Assembly: GCA_051294375.1 (NCBI GenBank)
Contig: CM119267.1
Location: 10,163,458 to 10,227,457, forward strand
Origin: Paraspadella gotoi
Taxonomy: Eukaryota > Animalia > Chaetognatha
Direction: 5' to 3'
DNA: 64,000 nt
Part shown: positions 28,735 to 39,551 of the stretch, one piece after another
Numbering within the stretch: position 1 is the stretch's first letter
Layout of the letters: the number at the start of each line of letters is the position of its first letter
The notes under the pieces: model-generated
What the model was told of the DNA's origin: nothing
Seen by the model: the letters and a program-made list of their open reading frames with translations, nothing else
Databases searched by the model: none
Translations under genes and position numbers: made by a program

Positions 28735-29934
28735 CTAATTAAAAGTGGACGATGAGAAAATACCCGAAAGAACTAAACTAGCTTCTAGAGGGTCCATGCT
28801 TTCCATTTCAGATGTGGGGAACTTCGTCTCGGCTTTTGGGGCACTGTCATAATTAACAAAATCAGAACTAAGATTACCCTGTAACCAGGAGGAATCAACA
28901 CCGAGAAGCTCATCGACTAAATCGTCGTAATTCAGGACGCAAGATTCGTCGGTAAAGCTCTTGGTTGAGGTTCTAGAATAGGTTCGTTTAAATTTGCAGT
29001 CGCTCATGTGTCGAGAATAAATAGAGTTTGAGCCAAACGAAGATTTGCAAAAAAGACAGGTCTTGCGCTTGTATAAGCAATGACCCGAAGCGGCATGCAT
29101 GTTGTACATGGACTTAACGGTAAAGGAACTCTTGCAAATTAAGCAGCGGTAAGGTTTCTTTTTGTGAAAAACGTTTTGGTGTCTCACTTTACGCTCCAAT
29201 GTAGGATAAAATTTTTTACAATTGTAACATGAAAATTTAGAGGCTGGATGCTGGCGAAAACAGTGAAGAACAAGCATATCTTTGGAAAGGAAACTCTTGG
29301 CGCAGAACTTGCAGTCATAGGGGTCTCCACCATGTGACTTGCGGTGTTGCACAAGAATTTTTTTGTTGGGCATTAGCTTCTTACATACACAACAGTGCAT
29401 AGAGTGTAAATTCAAAATATGCTTACGAAGAGCCAATTTGCTTTCAAAATCGTCGCGACTACATATTTCGCAATCATACACTATGCGAATTTCATGAATG
29501 TTCCGCATGTGCTGTTTAAGTTGGACAGATGGAATCTGACGGTTGCACAATGAACAAGTTATCATCTTTCCGCTATAATGGGTGTTTAAGTACCGATTTT
29601 CTTTGATAAGTCGCTCTATTTTTGCCTTGGTTTTTGATTTTTGACTATCGACTTCCTCGTCACTAGATATTACGATGACGTCATGGTGGGCTGGACGTTC
29701 AAATTCATGAAGAAAATTTTCGGAAAATGTTGGAAGGGAAAATGATCCGTTTTGGAAGGACCAACTCTTGACAAAGTTTCCTGGACTAAAAGCGTCAACC
29801 TTTTTTGGCGGAATGCAAACGTTTGTAGATTTTGTTTCACTGTGAAGTGAGGCGTTAAGGCCATCATCCGAGCTTAGAAAAAGTACAATATAGTTGGAAA
29901 GGTGAGCACTGAGCAGATATAAGGAAATATACAT
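28735..29934 (-). CDS. C2H2 zinc-finger protein (the true start probably lies in an upstream exon)
   Basis: About seven C-x2-C...H-x3/4-(H/C) fingers (e.g. CEICSRDDFESKLALRKHILNLH, CKFCAKSFLSKDMLVLHCFRQH) and a SIM-like DVIVISSDEE. The first ~20 aa look intronic. Confidence 0.88.
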   Translation of the reverse strand: MYISLYLLSAHLSNYIVLFLSSDDGLNASLHSETKSTNVCIPPKKVDAFSPGNFVKSWSFQNGSFSLPTFSENFLHEFERPAHHDVIVISSDEEVDSQKSKTKAKIERLIKENRYLNTHYSGKMITCSLCNRQIPSVQLKQHMRNIHEIRIVYDCEICSRDDFESKLALRKHILNLHSMHCCVCKKLMPNKKILVQHRKSHGGDPYDCKFCAKSFLSKDMLVLHCFRQHPASKFSCYNCKKFYPTLERKVRHQNVFHKKKPYRCLICKSSFTVKSMYNMHAASGHCLYKRKTCLFCKSSFGSNSIYSRHMSDCKFKRTYSRTSTKSFTDESCVLNYDDLVDELLGVDSSWLQGNLSSDFVNYDSAPKAETKFPTSEMESMDPLEASLVLSGIFSSSTFN

Positions 29935-30019
29935 ATGTCACATAAGTAGAAATTCTGAAACGCTTCTCATTTACGGTATTGAATTTTCTGAAGTTATAAT
30001 ACGACTAAAAATTTTGCAG

Positions 30020-30197
30020 AATTTTACTTTCGCCGACCGCGGTTAGGGGGGTTTAGGGTGGTTTAGGGGTAGGATAAGAGTAGCTAAGGTTAAATGGGGT
30101 TAGGGTAATTAAGTAAGAATTTTTAAATTTTTTTTTAAATAAGTGATTTTTCAAAAGACGCCAAAAGGCAAAACCCCGGTCGGCGAAAATAAAATTT
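30020..30197. mobile_element. MITE, TIR family AATTTTACTTTCGCCGACC, with degenerate GGTTAGG repeats
   Basis: AATTTTACTTTCGCCGACCG...CGGTCGGCGAAAATAAAATT terminal inverted repeats. Confidence 0.75.
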
Positions 30198-31517
30198 TAG
30201 TAAAAAACATTAACGAAAAAGTCATACATACCAAAAAATATTTAACCTATTCATTTTAAATAAATATTTGTACTTCGGAGTAAAGATAAAAAGATTTTAA
30301 ATCATTATCCAGTAGGATCCTTTCAAATAATTAAGAAAAAATATTTAATATTTACATCTTTCCAACTATACGCTCCAAGTTTTATTCATTTGAAGAGTCG
30401 AACGTTCTAAGTTTCTGGAACGAATTTTTGAAAAAGACATTTTTGAAGGTTGAGGCTTGAACCTATAAAGAGGTAAAAGACAAAAATGGAATTAATAAAA
30501 AAAAAATCAAATTCTATCTGAAAAAATATTATTTATTCTGACTTTGTAGCGATTTTCACTGCGTAATCAAGAGAAATAAAATTTGTCCATTGTGAATCTT
30601 AAATTATGAACGCAATTTTCATTTATGTTAAAAATAAAGAAAATTAGGTAAAAACTTATTTTTTTTAATTTTAACAGGTTCATAATCTTTATTCCTAACC
30701 CTATCCCAACACAATCCTCTACTAAACTCAACTCAGTTTCGAGAGTTTGAAATGTAGAGGGTTTCAGAAGCAGTACCAAACCAAACTAACAAAAGACCCG
30801 TTCTTGGCCTTTAGTATGAGGAAAATAATACTTTAAACGGAATAAATTCATTATCGGAAAAAAGCTCTTAGTGAAAAGGCCAATTAAATTAGTTAAATCC
30901 ACATAAAAAAAATTGTGCTTTGTTTGTAAACACGTTTTCTTGTTGACGTTTGACAAGCTTTCCGAATATCCGTATGAAAATCTAACTTTGCAAAAAAAAA
31001 AATGTTATAAATTTTTCTGATAAGGCTTTATGGGATGAATGGATTGAACAATACTGATATCGATTCAGTCTGACCATTAGTTTATCAAAAAGTCAATTTT
31101 TTTTTAGCCCGTTGGTATATTTTGTTACCAACTCAGATATAACCGAATTATAATAACAAATAAATTCATCTACAAATTGCAGTATACAAGGAATTATTTA
31201 ATTTGCTAAGTGATTGGGCGATTACATGTATATATTATGACCAATAAAGCACGGATATTTAGCGTAATTTTCACCAGTCTTCTAACACTGTTAGTTACAG
31301 ATGAACATTATGAAAGAGCAAGATTACGATTGTAAATTCCTGACGACCACTTATTATTCGAAACGGCGATTAATCATTCCAAGAACAGACCGGGCCGAAG
31401 ATAATGCTCTTTAATTCTAAAGACTATCTAGGATCATTGCTTATAGCCATATTATAATTATTACTAATCTTTAAAAAAAAACAATAGTATAATCCTTTAT
31501 TTTGTTGTTTATAGAGA

Positions 31518-31665
31518 TTTACAAAGAATTTAATAGATCTTTTATTTTGTATCAACTGTTCAAAGCGCTGATGAAGACTTGAAATGTCTTAGAGTCGAAA
31601 CATGTAAGCATTATAAAATAAAAAATCGTTGTTAACAAACATATTGTTATTAAATTCTTTGTAAA
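31518..31665 (+). mobile_element. Solo hammerhead-bearing unit (Penelope pLTR-like remnant)
   Basis: CTGATGA (31568-74), AGACT...AGTC, GAAAC-AT-GTA, then AATAAAAAATCGTTGTTAA as in the 59.3-kb element. Flanked by inverted TTTACAAAGAATTTAATA / TATTAAATTCTTTGTAAA. Confidence 0.7.
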
Positions 31666-31726
31666 AAAAACTAAGAAAAAATATATATCGCCTTTTGTTT
31701 TTATAGATTAAATGGAAAGAGCGAAT

Positions 31727-32061
31727 GATGGCAGTTTGATTCAAACAAAATAGCTATGCGAAAATGGGGTTGCCTAAAACTGGTTATTTCTATTACGAAA
31801 CTGGTCTCAAGGTTTCACGGCCGAAATACTGGGATAATTATTCGGAACAACGATTTATTTTATTCGTTTTATAAATTCGGCCTGACTAGCCTGGTTAGCC
31901 GAACGTTTATCTCATACTATTTGAATAGGCAAAAGTTATCTTAATCTCTCGGGTGCCGGTTTGGTAATGCCTTGACGAAACCGAAACTACGAATGTCTCG
32001 CTTGTCAAGGCCCCCTGCAGCGAGACCACCCGTGTTGCCGGCTTTATTAGCCGTCCTTTTT
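31727..32061 (+). ncRNA. Candidate structured RNA of unknown family
   Basis: 5' GATGGC can pair with 3' GCCGTC, followed by T5. There are multiple internal helices and a kissing-loop core at 31950-32032. Confidence 0.35.
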
Positions 32062-32195
32062 CAAAATCTGTCGTAACTTCGTGCATTCATATCATTAGAC
32101 TAAGTCGATACACAAAAAATTACTCTTTGAACCATGTAAGTATATTCTCTCATTATTTTCTTTTTCATTTTCGCAAATATTTGTCTTATCGGCAT

Positions 32196-32600
32196 AATTT
32201 TACTTTCGTCGACCAGGGTTAAGGGTGGGTTTGGGTAAGAATAATTGGGTAATAATTTATAAAATTGTTTTTAAAATTAAATCATTAAGATTTTAAGAAT
32301 TTAAGTGGTTTTTTTTTTTTTTTGAAAGGTAAAAGGAAAATAACAATGTTATTCATTCTGAAGAATTGGATGTTAAGCAATTTGTATGGTCAACATTAAA
32401 ATGAAGTATGAAGATGAAACTTAAAAATAAATTTTTTATGTCAAATAGGAGCGAGCAGAGAATTTTTAAATTTTATTTTGAATGTTCTTTAAATGATTTT
32501 AAACATTATAAAAATATCATGAAAAAAAAGATTAATAGTTGGTTTGATCAGGGGTTTTTCAAAAGATATTAAGAACCTGGTCGGCGAAAAGTAAAATTTT
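32196..32600. mobile_element. MITE, same TIR family as 30020-30197
   Basis: AATTTTACTTTCGTCGACCAGG ... CCTGGTCGGCGAAAAGTAAAATT. Confidence 0.75.
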
Positions 32601-32705
32601 ATCGTATTTTTTATAAAAAATAATTATTAATTTAAGCTATTAATTAATAATCAATTTAAATTAATAATTATAAAAATATTATTATTATTATTAATGTAGG
32701 GTTAA

Positions 32706-33134
32706 AATTTTATTTTTGCCGATTTTATTTTTTTTAACAAAATATTTAAAAATAATTTTAGCGATCCCGGAGTTGACTAATTAAAAAAAATAATTTGTCC
32801 CTAACTTACCCTTAACCTTAATTTATTATTAATTTATTTTTAATTTATTCTTAATTATAAATTATTGTAACCTTAATTCTTACCCAAATATATAACAAAA
32901 ATAACATATTAAAAAATTATGATATCTGAATTCTTTATTTTTTTTTGTTCCGTTCTTTTTTTTTTGTTAATTCTTTAACCTTTTCGTTTTCCATAGAGAG
33001 TATTTATCTACAGGAAGGCCATAATTTAAAAAAATATTATTTTATTTTAATTTTAAACCCTCATAACCTAAACTATCCTTAACCCTTAACTACCTTTTAA
33101 ACAACCCCTAACCCCGGTCGGCGAAAGTAAAATT
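32706..33134. mobile_element. MITE, same TIR family (left TIR degenerate, opposite orientation)
   Basis: AAATTTTATTTTTGCCGA ... CCCCGGTCGGCGAAAGTAAAATT, with internal CCTAAC/CCTTAAC repeats. Confidence 0.6.
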
Positions 33135-33415
33135 AACCCCCCCAAAAAAAAAATGTAAATGACCCAGGGAAGGAGATCGATTTGGATCATCATTCTTTTC
33201 ATATTCATGTTTTTTGTACTTGAAAGGACGATTTTTTATTTAAATTCTCAATACTGGATCGTCTTTTGTAAAAACATTGGGACTGGCATGTTTTCAATTT
33301 GACATACTTGACTTAACGGATTCACAAACCGAAATAAAGTGTACAAGCCTAATTCAATTGGACGAATTTTTTTGTATTTTAAGATTTTTAACTTGCGTAC
33401 ATAAGCAATATAGAA

Positions 33416-36400
33416 ATGGGGTTGTTGTCGGAAGGATCGCCGCTAGACTGGACGGATACGGAGAAATGGGCGCAACACGTCAGAGAACATGGAATCACCC
33501 AATTCGTTAATCTTTACCATCGTCTCAAAAACAGGTTCAACGCTACTAAGTCTAAATCATCTTTTGTAAATTAACTAAATTGATGTTAAATACCAGAACG
33601 GGTGACGTTTTAAAATGGGGCGATGAAGTGGAATACATGATTATTCATTTTGACGACGAAGCTCAAAGGGTTCGTCTTTCGCTCAAAGCCGAACCCGTTC
33701 TTCGAGCCTTACAAGTAAGATAATACAAAGGAAATCGGGCGAACCGAAGTCATTGGACCTGGTCACACTTTGTTTTAAAATGACTTTTTTAAATAGAAGT
33801 TTTAGAGAAAGTTTGGATTTGACAACGATTTTGTTTTATTATTGTAAAACAGACATGTTTCGGCTTTATTTCAAGCCTTTATCAACGTTAATGTGAATTT
33901 GGAAAATATTTTGTGTAAAGGAAGAGAGAAAGATAGATAAACAGAGGGCAAAGTTTCCAACACAGAGTTTAGAAATGACAGTGGTCAATTAGTGAGGACA
34001 GGCTGAAGTTGAGGAAAGACAGAGTAAGTTGTGAAAATAAGTGAAATAGTGAAAGAGGGAGAAAAAACCGTGCAAAAATCTTTACATTGTGCAATGTATA
34101 ACAAAAATAATAATTAAGTTTTAAACTGATGAGTATTAATGAAATTTAACAATTAATCTACTTAATAATTAGTGAGAGTGAATTAGAAATTTGAAAGGAT
34201 AGATTTTGAGACATGAGTTAATAAGTAATAAAATGAAATTGAAGAATTACAATAGAGCTCAAAATGAGCTGGCCCCCCCTTAGCATGGGCAAATGAAAGG
34301 CATGATCGATGAGGCCGGGTCATTGGCGTGTCATGGGCGGAGATGACAGTTGGATTAAGCTGGTCATGGATGCGTCAAGAAGGGTTCCTTGCGGGAAGAG
34401 CCCAAGTGCTATTCGAATGTCTCTCTGGCCTGATACGCCTGTCAACTGTCTGACACTCCTGTCGCAAAAGTGGCAAAAACGTACAACCGCCCGCTTTGCC
34501 AGCAGGCGAAAAGAGGGCAGTTGGTAGGTGTATCAGGCCAGAGAGACATTCGAATAGCACTTGGGCTCTTCCCGCAAGGAACCCTTCCTGACGCATCCAT
34601 GACCAGCTCAATCCAACTGTCATCTCAGCCCATGACCCAGCCTCATCGATCATGCCTCTCATTTGCCCATGCCAAGGGGGGCCAGCTCATTTTGAGCTCT
34701 ATCTTAATTCTTCAATTTCACTTTATTATTTATTAACTCATCTCTCAAAATCTATCCTTTCAAATTTCTATTTCACTCTAATTATTAAGTAGATTAATTG
34801 TTAAATTGTATTATTATTATTGTTATACATTGCACAATGTAAAGATTTTTGCACTGTTTTTCTCTCTCTTTTTCACCATTTCACTTCTTTTCACAACTTT
34901 GTTTTTCCTCAACTTCAGCCTGTCCTCACCAATTGACCACTGTCCTTTGTAAACTGTGTTGGAAACTTTGCCCTCTCTCTCTGTTTATCTCTCTTTCTCT
35001 CTTCCTTTACACAAAATATTTTCCAAATTCACATTAATGCTGATGAAGGCTGGAAATAGAGCCAAAACAATATCTGTTTTACATATCTGTTTTACATATC
35101 TGTTTTACAATAATAAAACAAAATCGTTGTCAAATCCAAACTTTCTCTAATTATCTCAAACAACGAAAAAGAAAGGAGTTATATCATAAATAAAAGTTTA
35201 AAAAATGCTGGTGAAATGACCACATTAAACAAGTCTAATCCACGATTATTTGATGGCAGGAGGCTGAAGAAAATCATCCCGATGATCATCCCACGACTTG
35301 GCGACCCGAGTATGCCGCCTATATGGTCGAAGGAACACCGGGGAAACCATACGGAAATCTAATGTCTCACTTTAACAACGTGGAAAGTAACATGAAACGT
35401 CGACGCAACGAGGTTCAAACTCTTTTAGAACCGAATGAAGCGCCAATGAGTCTCACCTCATTTCCTCTGCTCGGCGTTCCTGGATTCACTTTTCCTGAAT
35501 GGCAACCAACACCTGGAAATCCAGAATCTTTTGCGCGTTCACTTTTTTTTCCCGATCAAGCTATTTTTCAAGTTCGTCGAATTCGGTTTATATTATTTGA
35601 AATAAATCTTAGATAAATCTTTCTTGCATTTTCAGGGTCATCCGCGCTTCAGAACATTGACGAAAAACATAAGAAGCCGTAGAGGAAAAAAAGTTGCTAT
35701 AAATATTCCTATTTTCAAGGTAATTTTTACTTGATGTTGCAGGCGCTTTGGGAAAAACCAAAAAGATGTGCAAGGCTTTTTTTAGCATTGCCCAATTAAA
35801 AAAATATTTTTTTATCGTCGCAATCGCTTAGCGTTTGCGTTTGCGTTTGCGACGATATTGTAACGCTTTTGCCCATAAGTGTCGTCGTCGGCGTTCCAAA
35901 TTATAGATCGCCTTTTTTATGATTAAATTTGGGTTTATAAAGCTGAAAATTTATATACAGCTTCTCATCATCGATGTGCTTAAAATTGAGTCTGGACAGT
36001 TATTAAATATGTTTTGTTTATGTTTTATCAAAACAAACAAATTTCTCTTTTATTTTCATATTTCTTTCTCTTTTCTCTTTTAATTACATGTCTTTCTCCC
36101 TTTCTCTTTTCCCTCATCACTGATTCATAATCATAGCCTATGATATAGGGACATAGGGAAAAAACGAGTCTGCAGCTGGCTCTGCAGTGGCTTATTCTTT
36201 TTCTTTCTTTTCTCCTGCTGCTTCTGCTGCTGCCTTTTGATTTCTTTCTTTTCTCTCTCTCTCTCTCTCTCTCTGCGTTTTTATTAAAAATAAAATTGAA
36301 ATAGGATTGAACTCGTAAAATTAGGCATCGCATTCGTGCATGTTATCATTTTGCTATCGCAACATCAGGGTTTTTTTTTGGTTTTTTTTCTCAGGGGCTG

Positions 36401-39400
36401 CGTCTGCTGATTAATTTATTTTTTGACAAAGGAAATTTTTTTAAATTTTTTTTTTCAGAAACTGTAACTTTAATTTATTTATAAAATATAATTTTTCTTT
36501 CTGTTTATAAATTAATTTTCTTTTCTCAAATTTTATTTTTTTTTGTATCAAAATTTTTCGTCAATCCATATTTTTCTTATGCGATTGCGACGATCCTTAT
36601 GCTTTTAAGATTTTTTCCTAGATAGTACAGAAACTTTTAGAATTTTAATAAAAGTTAAATTTAGAAATTTTACTACGCCTTAATGTTCAATGAATACAAT
36701 GTAAAATAAACCTTACAGGACGAACTCACACCGTCGCCATTCATCGAAGATTTCACTACAGTTGAGCACAAAGACGACCCCGAAGGAGCTTCTGCAGCCC
36801 TTCCTGATCACATTTATATGGATGCAATGGGTTTTGGAATGGGCTGTTCCTGTTTACAAATGACTTTTCAGGTTATTTTGCAATTTATTCTAAGTAGGAC
36901 CGAGGTAACTAAAGAACGTTACTAAATATTTGTAATTGTAGGCTTGCAATATTAACGAGGCGAGGCATCTGTATGATCAGTTGGCGCCCATCACTCCAAT
37001 TGTCTTGGCACTGTCTGCCGCTGCGCCCGTATACAGGGGATATCTCGCTGATATCGACTGCCGGTAGGAAGGATGGGGTTGGGCTTTAAAGTTTAAGAAA
37101 ACTTTAGTCTAAACTAAAGATATGTAAATCATATTTTATTTTCTCAATAACTAGTCTTTCCGAACTTAAAACTTTGGAGATAGGGGAAGGCCGAGTCAAT
37201 GTACTAGTTACATTGCTTCGTCATCAAGCATTGACTTTAATTTTTTTTTCCTCAAGTGCCGCCATGATTGTTTTGGTTAGTTATAATATTGTATTATATT
37301 ATGCATTATAGAGTAATGTGTTTTTTTTATTATTTGCGAACGACCTCTTTCCAGCTGGGACGTAATCTCAGCCTCAGTTGATGACCGAAGGGACGATGAA
37401 TGTGTGAAAACTCCGACGAATAAATGGTACGCTTTAAAATCTTAATGTATTAATAATTGCTATATTTTTAATTAAAAACTTAATTTTTCAAATGATTCCG
37501 TGGCTAGTTTGATGAGAAAAGGAAACTAGGCCAACAAAACATTCTTTCGTAGGGTCATCAGAAAAAGTCGTTATGATTCGATCGATTCGTATCTTTCCCC
37601 TTGCTCTTCGACATGTTCCGATATTAAACTGGAGTACGACCATGACCTCTATGAACGCATGGTTGCTCACGGGATCGATGATATGTTAGCAAGGCACATA
37701 GCCCATCTTTTCATTCGCGATCCTGTCAGCCTTTTTTCCGAAAAGATTCATCAAAATGACGAGGAAGACTCGGATCACTTTGAAAACATACAGAGTACTA
37801 ATTGGCAGACTCTGCGTTTCAAACCACCTCCCCCAGGCTCTCCAATAGGTTGGAGAGTAGAATTCAGGTTAGTCCAAATTACTTTTGAGCAGTGCTCTTT
37901 AATGTGAAACTTATATATTTTATTGGCAGACCTTGCGAAGTTCAGTTGACGGATTTTGAAAACGCGGCTTACTGCGTTTTCATTGTTCTACTAACTCGGG
38001 TCATCCTGAGTCTGAACCTGGACTTCGTCATGCCACTCACGAAGGTTGATGAAAATCTTAAAAGAGCGCAAAAGAGGAACGCCGTTTTGGAGCAAAAATT
38101 TTACTTTCGGTGATTACAATTATACTAATTCATAAAACGTGATATAATTATACGACGTCAGGGGCAAGATAGCTTATTTATTAAATGAATGGATAATTTT
38201 TATATTGGTTGTACCAATTTCATATATTCGTCGTATAATTATGTATTTATTATATAATATATTGCTGGTTTCTTTAAATATTATCAATGTTTAATTTAGA
38301 TCATCTTGTTTTGAGAGCGTTTTCCGTTTGACAAAAAAAATTGACTATAGTAGAGCGATCAGAAAATGTTAAAAACCTTATGAAACAATAATAATAATGA
38401 TCGATAATCGTTTCTATACGCTTTCATACGTGTTCAGTAAGGACACGCATACCCATGCAACACCTTCTGATTTTTTGGAAACGGTTGAACGGGATGAAAA
38501 GATTTGCGACGGTTCCAAGGCACCGCCAAAACACCAGGTCGAACTCGAAGAAATGACAATCGATGAGATCATAAATGGTCAAAGGGGAGGCGGAGGATTT
38601 CAGGTTTGAAAAGACTTGAAACATTACATTTCTCTTTCAATAATTACAAAATCAGAATTGTTTTACCAGGGTTTAATCCCAATGATGAAGTGGTATTTAC
38701 AATCAACGGGGGAAGTCGATGTTGACACCTCTTGTACTATTTATCAATACCTTGGGCTCATTTCCAAAAGGGCCAATGGCCAGCTAATGACAGCGGCTAG
38801 TTGGATTCGTTCTCAGGTTTTTGGTTGTTTTTTGGGGGGGTTCTTTTCGAGATAAGGACTATTGAGGCCATTACATACATGCAAAAATAATGAAAACAAA
38901 ATTAAGCAATCCAACTTTTGACAGGTTCGCAGTCATCCAGAATATAAAAAGGATTCGAAACTTAGCGACAAAATTGGATATGATTTGTTGAAAAAAATGA
39001 ACAAGATTTCAACTGGCGAACTTCAGTGTTCCGAGCTTCTTCCGTCCTATGATACGCGAACTAAGGTGATTAATGATTAATGAGAAAGCTTTGAAGATAC
39101 AGTAATTATTGATAAGTGTTAATGACAGAACCGTTCAATATAAGCAGTCCCTGAGCTTCGGATCAGGCTGTAACACCGTGTTACAGGCGGGTTATGCGTC
39201 CCGTCCCTCTTAACTGCCAGACGACCACCGGGCTAGAACCCCGGACCTTTGGGTTGGGAGGCGAATGTCTTGCCTCCGGCACCAATGGCCTCTGATGAAC
39301 GGTTGGTGGATTTTAGTCCACCATAGCTTTATACTTCAGTAATTTGATAAATATTTTAGTGGATTCGAAGTTCAACCTTGTTTATAAGGTTGTGGAAAAG

Positions 39401-39551
39401 AGTGATTTTGGATGGATGTTTCATTTAAATTGCTCTCTCGAGTTGTGGTTAATAATCACTATTTATCATAATTTACGCTTTTGATTTTTAGGAAAACATC
39501 CCCGCTGCTATAGAAAAGGCCCAAAAGTTGGCAGAAAAGCGTGGAAATTAA
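33416..39551 (+). CDS. GCLC: Glutamate-cysteine ligase catalytic subunit, 13 exons (approx. 33416-33534, 33597-33714, 35260-35571, 35636-35719, 36719-36871, 36942-37063, 37355-37426, 37552-37867, 37931-38109, 38438-38603, 38670-38816, 38925-39065, 39492-39551)
   Basis: Diagnostic peptides [60 protein letters not shown] and [44 protein letters not shown], joined by GT-AG introns. Confidence 0.97.
33802..35150. mobile_element. 1.35-kb palindromic element in GCLC intron 2 (arms ~650 bp, spacer ~65 bp) with hammerhead motifs near both outer ends
   Basis: TTAGAGAAAGTTTGGATTTGACAACGATTTTGTTTTATT at the left end is the reverse complement of the right end, and pairing continues inward to about 34450/34516. 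Hammerhead cores lie at 33848-33890 (-) and 35036-35078 (+). Confidence 0.92.
33848..33890 (-). ncRNA. Minimal type I hammerhead ribozyme, U3-A8 variant
   Basis: Minus strand: AACG UUGAUAA A GGCUU GAAAUA AAGCC GAAAC AU GUC UGUU. Stem I is AACG/UGUU, stem II GGCUU/AAGCC, stem III the palindromic ACAUGU, and the cleavage triplet is GUC. Confidence 0.65.
38157..38224 (-). repeat. Fragment of the direct-repeat-bounded ~300-bp element
   Basis: Reverse complement of TATGAAATTGGTACAACCAATATAAAAATTATCCATTCATTTAATAAATAAGCTATCTTGCCCCTGAC. Confidence 0.85.
39092..39326 (-). mobile_element. tRNA-Gly-derived SINE-like element (family A) in the last GCLC intron
   Basis: Minus-strand cloverleaf GGCCATTGGTGCCGGAGGCAAG...TTCGCCTCCCAA...CCGGGGTTCTAGCCCGGTGGTC, with A and B boxes and a CCC anticodon-loop remnant. 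Near-identical to 48066-48301. Confidence 0.82.

Noticed and set aside
31340-31366. CTGACGA...CGAAAC as another hammerhead
   Set aside because: The intervening sequence cannot form stem II and no NUH follows in register.
31770-31785. CCTAAAAC as a telomerase template in the candidate RNA
   Set aside because: Does not give a >1-repeat permutation of TTAGG or TTAGGG.
34309-34736. ORFs in the centre of the GCLC-intron palindrome as a Penelope RT/GIY-YIG remnant
   Set aside because: Short, mirrored by the palindrome, with no recognisable RT or GIY-YIG motif.
39220-39290. Functional tRNA-Gly gene
   Set aside because: The anticodon stem does not pair, there is no T-run terminator, and it is embedded in a longer dispersed repeat.
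39292-39326. CTGATGA in SINE family A as a hammerhead core
   Set aside because: No GAAA after the hairpin and no stem III or cleavage triplet.
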